64,000 nucleotides of DNA, taken from positions 126,876-190,875 of the forward strand of contig RBZT01000673.1 in assembly GCA_003693705.1 (NCBI GenBank), read 5' to 3'. Below, one piece after another: positions 56,701-64,000 of this stretch. The DNA comes from Polymyxa betae A26-41 (taxonomy: Eukaryota > Protista > Endomyxa: Phytomyxea). Below the pieces are notes generated by a model. The model saw only the letters and a list, made by a program, of their open reading frames with translations, made no database searches and was not told the DNA's origin. Each line of letters starts with the position of its first letter. Within the stretch, counting starts at the first letter, position 1. The translations under genes were made by a program, and so were the position numbers.

Positions 56701-58966
56701 CGATACTTTGTTTATCTCGGCAACGCTCAGGTCCCACTTGGTGATGGGAACTGCATTCCGACATTTTTCTCTCTCAAAACCGTGTTACCAGCTTCAGATA
56801 ATAGTTCGGTTGTTATAGTCGCTGTCGAAGTTGTTGATAATGGCGTTGTTTCGGAAGGACTGGCGAATGTCACTGTTCAGATTTCAGCTCCGGAAATTTC
56901 TTTAAATTACATCGAAGACATATTTACACCCAACTCTAGAATACCTTTTTGCGATCACGTTTTGTCCACAGTATCCATAATCAGCCGTCTTTCAGTCAAC
57001 ACAACAACGGTACGAGCAAGAATAATGGAGATGATAAAAACGCAGTATCTTGAAGCACCTGCATGCCCACCGGCTAGTTATCAAGATCTTGCTTTTATAA
57101 CTGTCACATCAGAGCTCTTGAAGGTAATCATGTTTGTCATCTGCTTCAGCTCGACTTATTAATCTGTAGGATCCGACTGATCTCAATAATGGTATCGCCC
57201 AGGATGCATTAGATGTGATCAACAAGGCGATGAATAAGACTGATGTCATGCAGCATCGTCTTTTGCGGGAAAGAATTGCTATTTTATTATCGTCCTTGTT
57301 GTTATCTAAAGCGTCAAGTGGGACTTTATCTTACATGCAGTCGATTCGAAACATTATCGATCGCTTGGCAGTGAGCGGTCTCAGTAATTTAGCGGGTGGG
57401 GAACGCGATTCGTGTCGTCGCTCAATTAGCACCGATGCTTTCAATATCCAAACATACAAGCTACATGCACTTGGTCTAAATTCTGCTCCTTCGTGCTCTG
57501 TTACGCTGCCTCTGGATTTAGTTACCCGATATCGAGGCAGAACAGTTGGTGTAGTCTCAACAATTTATCAGCTTGTTTCGGGGTTACCGTCTACGACCAA
57601 TCTCGTCCATTCTGTTAATGTATATATCGATAACAGTGGACCGGCTACCATTCAGAATGCAAGCTCGCCATTTAAAATCAATATGGGATTAATGCCGTCG
57701 TCTGGCGTTCGTTTGGAGTGTGGCTGGATTCTGCCCAATGGGCGCGATATATCGAAGACAGGATGTGAAACCCAAATCGCTGAAAATCGTATCGTTACAT
57801 GTAACTGCTATCATCTAACCGATTTCGTTTTGATAATCACTGAAAGTGAGAGTATTACTTTCGTTAGCTCCAATACCAAAGATGTGCAATCCTGGGCGTT
57901 TTCACTGGCGAATCTATTTAATCTCGCTCTTTCGGTTGTTTCTTTATTTTTAGGATGTTTCGGAAAGTACGTCATAACAAATGCCGAATCATATAAGACT
58001 TTCTCGATTATGGCAATCCTTATTGTGGTAAAGTGTGTCGCTCGAGCTGCATTCTATGGTACGATACTGTTTGGAGGTATCAGACCCAATGGCGACCTCT
58101 TTCTTGCTAGATTGATGTTTGGCACAATCACCCAATTCTCACAATTTATGATTTTCGGTTATCTGCTATGCCTCCTCATTATCATTCTATCATCTATCGT
58201 AACAATGAACGAGAAACCCCTGGCGCTTCGTAATTTCCTCTTCTTATTTCAGTCTGTCATCAAGGTTCTTATTGTAACATCGCTTGGGGTTCCTGCATTA
58301 CTGATTTACGGGTCGGTTCGTTTTGACAGCCAAGGAATGTTTTTTGCCGCATCTGCTTACATTCTTATATTAAATATACTACTGACTTTATCTATTCCTG
58401 CCACCGGAATCATCATCGCGCGATATCTGGTAAATCATTCACACAAGAGAGTTATTTCAAACAACTTTGCTATTAAGAGGTCTGGTATTCAGTCACTTTG
58501 TCGAATGGAAGCATTAAACGAAAAAATTAGGTATTTAAAACTGGCGAAGTTTATGCGAATAATTACAATTGCGATGGGCATCTGTTTATCATTACAGGCA
58601 GGACTCTGGACATGGTCAATTGTTGGTTTAGAATCATATAATAAGAACACTAACGGCAGTCTGGCCTTCGTTGTTTTGGATACGGTTGCTACTTGTCTTG
58701 TTCTGACCTATCAATGTAATGTGGCCTGGACACAATACTGCAAAAAGAAACGAGAAGAGTCTCTTATCGAGAAGAACGTCGCTGCTCACTTCCGTGATGA
58801 CGCCGTTCGTGTTGTCAACGAGCAGTTCGTATACGTGGAATCAAAGCGAATCAAGGAACCCTCTGTTTGGGACAATGTCTTTGATGAGTTTGCTAATGGA
58901 CTTGGTTCTAAACATATGTCGTTCGATAATGATTATTCAAGCGATGATGGCAGTAGGCCTTGGTGA
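53756..58966 (+). CDS. Adhesion-GPCR-like receptor: signal peptide, 2x non-catalytic GH18, REJ/PKD-like, GAIN/GPS, 7TM (about 1650 aa)
   Basis: ORFs 53756, 54614, 55702 and 57215 join via five short GT-AG introns. GH18 motifs DGVEFDW|V and NGVSVNW|D; REJ-like PP..P.GLTITPNTGEALLTVF; GPS CGW...GC...TCNCYHLTDF; seven hydrophobic helices follow. Confidence 0.85.
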
Positions 58967-59460
58967 AATCCAAGAGCATAGAATAATATAGAACATAGAG
59001 ATCATTAACTGTGATGTTTGGACTCCAATGTGATTCCTTTGAAGTGACTTAGTAGTCTGATGCGTTTGTAACGACTGATGTTTGAATTCTTGTGTACAGG
59101 TATAGTAAAAGGCAAGAAGAAAAAGCTCTTCTGATTCCGCATCCATGTATTTAGTTTGCGTTCGCAAAACGTTTGCGCTTCGCAGTCGCATCGCGTTCCG
59201 AATGTCACAACGGTTTCTCCCTACTGCTGCTCGTAATGGCTGCAGATCGCTTTTATCATGGTCTGACCTAGGTTCGGTTGTCATATCTATACGATAGCAA
59301 AGCTGACGTCTACTAGCGACCATTTATCCCTACACGACACCATTGCGATTGTGTTCGGTGACGAAACAGAGATTTCCGTCTGCTTTCCTAATTAAATTCT
59401 GTCGTCCGCGTTCATCATCTGCCAATCCGAAGATCGTCCCTGATGGGCTTCGTCGGCGCT

Positions 59461-60050
59461 ATGGAAAAGGATTCTGGGTTTATGCAGATTATAGAGCGGT
59501 TCAGTTAATGTTGAGCAAATGTAGAGAAACAGCATTGTAACAGTTTCATGCTAAGGGATTATTCAGATTTTGATACCAACCTTAAGACATCAGCTCTAGA
59601 GGTTCTCCAAAACGAACTTCAACTTGCATGTGAACGCTCACTAAAAAAGATTTATGTACATCCGGTTTTAAGAGCATCGGCCGATAATCAACCCCACGAT
59701 AATGCAGCATTCTATCTCGTTGCTAACGATATCAATGTGAAAAGTCTTCTATTATCAGATTATAGGTATTGTTCATCACCTTTTCACTAGTACATTTTTT
59801 ACGCTTAGATAGATTGAATGAAAACGTCCCGATATATTGCCTATTTCCTCTTGGGCTTCTACAAGCACAGTTAAGAACTCAGAACCAACATGAAACAGGT
59901 AAATGATGTATGAACTGCTTGATTACAAATGTATTGAAACAGCTTGAAGGCATATTCAAATCTGTAGTTGGAGTTTCAGCAGCAAAGCTTGCCATAGAAA
60001 TTCGAAGATTGATAGCGGCAGGAAAAAATGTGCATTTCATCAAACAATAA
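59461..60050 (+). CDS. Small hypothetical protein, 4 exons
   Basis: MEKDSGFMQIIERF... joins via GT-AG introns to ...LAIEIRRLIAAGKNVHFIKQ*. Confidence 0.5.
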
Positions 60051-60321
60051 ATTCAACTGCAAACCTAGCACATCGTTTCAGGTTTCTCATGTATATTTTC
60101 ATCAACAAGGTCTTGGAGCTGGTTACACACTGATAAATTTGATGCCTGTTTCTGTAGGCAACTGAGCCAAGTGCAGCAAAGTGCATTCAGAGCAGTTACA
60201 AAACTGCGCTGTGATTTCCCAAATACGCAAACTGTGAATGCTGGAAAATGCGCGAAAGCAGCATTTTTGTAGCCCGTCCTGAGAATTCTGCTGCTATCGC
60301 CTGCCTGTGATTCACTCAAAC

Positions 60322-60772
60322 ATGAATAGGGATACTGCCAGTTTACAACGCCTGCTAAAGATTAAAACCAATGCTGTAGTGCGGCTTGGTAAGGAACTCA
60401 AATATTATATGAAGGAGCAGCAGGACTATGAATCCAAACTTATGCAGCTTCGTGAAGAACAGGCTGACGCATTACAAATCAAGAAAACAGTAAATGGCAT
60501 TACTGCTCGACATCGTTGGGTTAAATACTTTATTTACAGGAAGAGTTCGTCGAGGAAAGTTCGAACGCTGTTCGTGATACCCATTCGAGATTGTTTAAAA
60601 GTTTCGCCGACCTTCAAGGATTTGTCGTAAGCTGTCTCCATCCCTGTTGCAATGGTCGTTTCTCACTTTTTCTCAGCAAATTCACCAAATAGAAGAGGGA
60701 ATCGCCGGTACTGAAGAGCTTATCAAAGCTGAAATGACTATAGGCGAAACTTCCAACCTAATTTGCTCTTAA
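60322..60772 (+). CDS. TBCA: Tubulin-folding cofactor A
   Basis: LKIKTNAVVRLGKELKYY.KE, IKKT|EEFVEES and RL...FADLQ; 3 exons. Confidence 0.88.
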
Positions 60773-61056
60773 TGTTGTCACATCATAATTTGAGATCCTG
60801 CTTCATTCTATTGATAAATATCAGAGCTTCTATATTATCTCTTCCTTATCAGAATGTAGTCTATCGCATCAACTTCTGGTTCTGGAAAAATCTGTACACT
60901 TAAGGTTTTGTAGCAAACATCACACCGTTGATTCCCGATTGCGGACGTCCTGTGCAGAAAGGGCGCCAAATTCGAGACTATCAGAGGGGTTGGCGGCTAC
61001 CTGACCATCCCTGAAGATATTTTCATTCCTGTAATTAATTTCAGTCATAACTCACA

Positions 61057-61491
61057 ATGATGAGCAAAGGCCATCCAAGACCAGCCGATTCTGACACAGA
61101 CGACCAGCAACATGCTCGTCGCGGACGGCCCAGAACACGACCGCCTTCTGGTTCGTCGCCACGCTCGACAATCAGGTCGCCCTCAAGATTTCGTCAAGCT
61201 TTGAAAGCGCCTCCTGCCGCTCCTAGGAAATCTCGCCCATATGCCTGTCGAATTGTCGATCTCGGACATTATACCAACAGAAGACTTGATTTTGGATCAG
61301 ACGACGAAAATGACAACAAGAACACAGAGAAATGCTCGCGCAGTCGACGACGAATCTCATTTGGCCAGATCTGTCGCGATCTTGCTGATATTATTGACGA
61401 CCAGGAGACTATTATTCCAAAAAAATTCGATTTATCCGGCAAAAATCGACGAGTAATGTTGATGCCGGTAATCAGAACCGAGGCAATTTAG
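61057..61491 (+). CDS. Basic disordered hypothetical protein (144 aa) with PPAAPRK and RRLDF motifs
   Basis: Single ORF between TBCA and PGLS, convergent with PGLS. Confidence 0.6.
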   Translation: MMSKGHPRPADSDTDDQQHARRGRPRTRPPSGSSPRSTIRSPSRFRQALKAPPAAPRKSRPYACRIVDLGHYTNRRLDFGSDDENDNKNTEKCSRSRRRISFGQICRDLADIIDDQETIIPKKFDLSGKNRRVMLMPVIRTEAI

Positions 61492-61521
61492 AGCCTCCTA
61501 GATTAGAAGATTAGTAGTATA

Positions 61522-62442
61522 TTATGTATAAAGCTGGGAAATGCCAGGATCTGCATCCGAATCTATAAACCAACAGACTGGTCGCATTGTATGGACCAGG
61601 CAAGCTGGTAATAGCTGTTCACCTTGCTCGCATTCCTTCTTTACGATTCTTGCTAAAATCTCACGCTTGCTTGAACCGCAAACAACGAACAGTCCACGAT
61701 ATGTTAGCTGAAAGCATCGCAATGTCATAGTTATTCGACAAGGCGGCGGCTTTGGACTAAATGAAAAACTTAGCCAACATCCTTGGCGGAGACAGATGTA
61801 AGTGACCTATCATTTACACCTTCAAAAAGAGGCCCATGACGAACCATTTCATGATTTCTATTCGGAAATAAAGAAGCAGTATGACCATCAGGGCCAACAC
61901 CAAGCAGAATCGTATCAATAAAAGCACAACCGTTCTGCCAGATGGCTGCCAAAAGATCAGCATAAAAACGACATCAAAATAAACATTTTTGATACGAGAT
62001 GATATGATTCGCTTCTCGTATTCTTCTGCAGCAGCTTCAGAGCCAGATCTCATAGCTTCTTCACTAATTGCGAAAATTTGCTCCCCAGGGATGTCAATGT
62101 GTGATAAAAAATGTTTCTTAAGCAAACCAAAATTGGATTCAGGATCCGAATGAGGAACGCATCGTTCATCAACGAATAGAACCCACCATTTTGAAAAGTC
62201 GCTTTCTCGCTTCACTAATTCAGGCCTAAATAAACTAAGAAACTGCGATAGATGCTAGAACGTAACTCGAAATTATACCCAATGAGAGCCGGGATCGAGC
62301 CACCAGAGAACCCAATCACAAAACGCTGCCTCAGTTCAATGGCTTGTTTAGCTTCATAGAAGACAAGATTGGCGACATGATCAGCGACCTGCTCTGTTGA
62401 CGACAAGACGTGGACTGTAGGTGGACATTGCTCTAGAGGCAT
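61522..62442 (-). CDS. PGLS: 6-phosphogluconolactonase
   Basis: IGFSGGS, FVDERCVP.SDPESN, DTILLGVGPDGHTASLFP, PKPPPCRITMT and LLPACLV. Confidence 0.95.
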
Positions 62443-63021
62443 TGTGAGATACAGTTAAGAGATATATCAATACAGTTATGAACATGTCCGCTTCAATCGA
62501 TTATATTCGAGAATCTCCAGAATCGATATAGATGGCCAATATCAATCTGTTTCAAATCTAATGATGGTATTGTTTCTTTATTCATAGTGAGTGGTATCTC
62601 AACACAAATTTGGAATTTTGAGTAGAGCTGCCTGGACATTCTATACAGTGCGCTGCCTCTGCATGACTGAAATTATATCTCGCGAGTAATCGCATTCTCA
62701 ATTCTGAAAGGCTTTCTGAGGTCATCTTACAATATTTGGCAGAAAAATCATGATCCTCTCATGACTCGCAATTCGTACGTCAATCTTGAATGACATTGGG
62801 CTATTTGCTGATGCTTGCAAATATCGAGAGTTTCGAAATAAGGTTGCAGCGGTACCGAAACTGGGCGGTCGGTGCCTGCATCTGGTGATGACAATAGTTT
62901 CAGGCGATGCGACGGCAAGATTCAGCTTCAACGGAAATTAAGGGAATCCGATAAATCATCATTACATAAGGGATGCTGTTGGCCATTTATGGATCCATCA
63001 TTCTATAATCGCTTGGATACA

Positions 63022-63955
63022 ATGACCACATTCAACTTGGTGTTAGTTGCTGTCGTGTGTGTGTTGTTAAGCGGGCATACATCTGCTCAGTCAGGCTCGG
63101 GAGGATGTACTATGCATATGTACTTATCACAGGGTTTGATTTTTTTAGTTGAACATGTCATAATTGCTAATAAACTTATTGCAGATAAAGTCAATGGAGC
63201 ATGTGGTGAATATTATGCACAAGTTCCTTCGTCAGTAAACGGAGGCTTTATTACAGCCTGGCGAGATCTGCCTGGTGATAACAAAGCTGGCTGCGGTGTC
63301 TGCATTCAAGTAACTTCAACCAAGACTTCCAAGTCCACCCATGTGTTGGTCGTAGATCGTGGTGGTGCTATGGGTCTAGATCTTAGTCAAAACGCCATTG
63401 AAGCTATCGACCCCGGATGGGCAGCGGCTGGAAATACTCCATGCAAGGTTAGGCCTGTCAGAGACTGGACGTTTGGGTTAGTGACGTCAATTTTAGTGGG
63501 AAGTCGTCGCCAGCAGCAACTGCCAAGGAGCGTCCAACAATCCTTCCGCAGGCAGCCAATCTCCATCGTCGGGTGGCAGCCAACCAGGCCAGAATCCATC
63601 ATCTGGTGGTTCACAGCAAGGACAAGGCGGCCCAAGCCAAGGCGGATCACCTTCAACGCCAGCGCAACAGCAGTCTGGTGGTTCTAATGGTTCACCCCAA
63701 GGACAGCAGCAATCCTCATCTCCAGAGAACCCATCATCTAACGGTCAAGCCCCAAGGTCTGGCGGTCCCGGAGGAATGGTCGGGCCACAAAGTGGAGGAA
63801 TGGGAGGGTCTCAAGGCAGCATGGGAGGATCTCAAGGTGGAAGAGGAAACTCTCATGCAGGTATGGGTGGACCTCAAGGAGGAATGGGAGGAGGAATGAT
63901 GGGCGGACCTCAAGGAGGAATGGGAGGATCGATGGGTGGACCTCCAGTTCAATAA
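63022..63955 (+). CDS. Secreted DPBB (RlpA/expansin-like/barwin-like) protein with Gly/Ser/Gln/Met-rich tail
   Basis: Signal peptide MTTFNLVLVAVVCVLLSGHTSA; GACG, GCGVCIQVT, VLVVDRGG and LDLSQNA motifs; two introns; low-complexity tail ends GGPPVQ*. Confidence 0.82.
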
Positions 63956-64000
63956 AGGCGGGTGGCTGGGCCTCCAGTTCAATAACGGCGGGTGGCTGGG
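63941..64000. repeat. 30-bp tandem repeat (at least 2 copies, runs off the window)
   Basis: cctccagttcaataaaggcgggtggctggg / cctccagttcaataacggcgggtggctggg. Confidence 0.85.

Overview
Gene-dense eukaryotic genomic DNA. It has short (about 45-60 nt) GT-AG introns, small intergenic gaps and roughly 45% GC by eye. A ciliary gene (CFAP58) implies a flagellated stage. Overall style suggests a plasmodiophorid (Phytomyxea, possibly Spongospora-like), but this is inference. About 30 genes are present. Housekeeping genes include CFAP58, mevalonate kinase, a KH-domain protein, eIF3g, a TrhO/TSTD2-like rhodanese, a C2H2 zinc-finger protein, LPCAT, an ABCG transporter, PP2A-B56, UTP5/WDR43, an Acinus-like protein, a TBC1D5-like RabGAP, a CaMKK-like kinase, peptide deformylase, TBCA and 6-phosphogluconolactonase. 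The most striking region is 42.9-59.0 kb, a cluster of membrane proteins built on GH18 (chitinase-fold) ectodomains that all lack the catalytic Glu. Two are single-pass type-I proteins. The third is a ~1650-aa adhesion-GPCR-like protein (2x GH18, REJ-like, GAIN/GPS, 7TM). Together they look like a candidate chitin/GlcNAc-sensing receptor system. Also notable are two secreted bulb-lectin-like paralogs, a bacterial-type AAA-ATPase-like protein with a putative mitochondrial presequence, a CDC48-N-repeat RING-H2 ligase, a PIF/Harbinger transposase relic and a secreted DPBB/expansin-like protein. Gene boundaries and splice sites were read by eye and are approximate.
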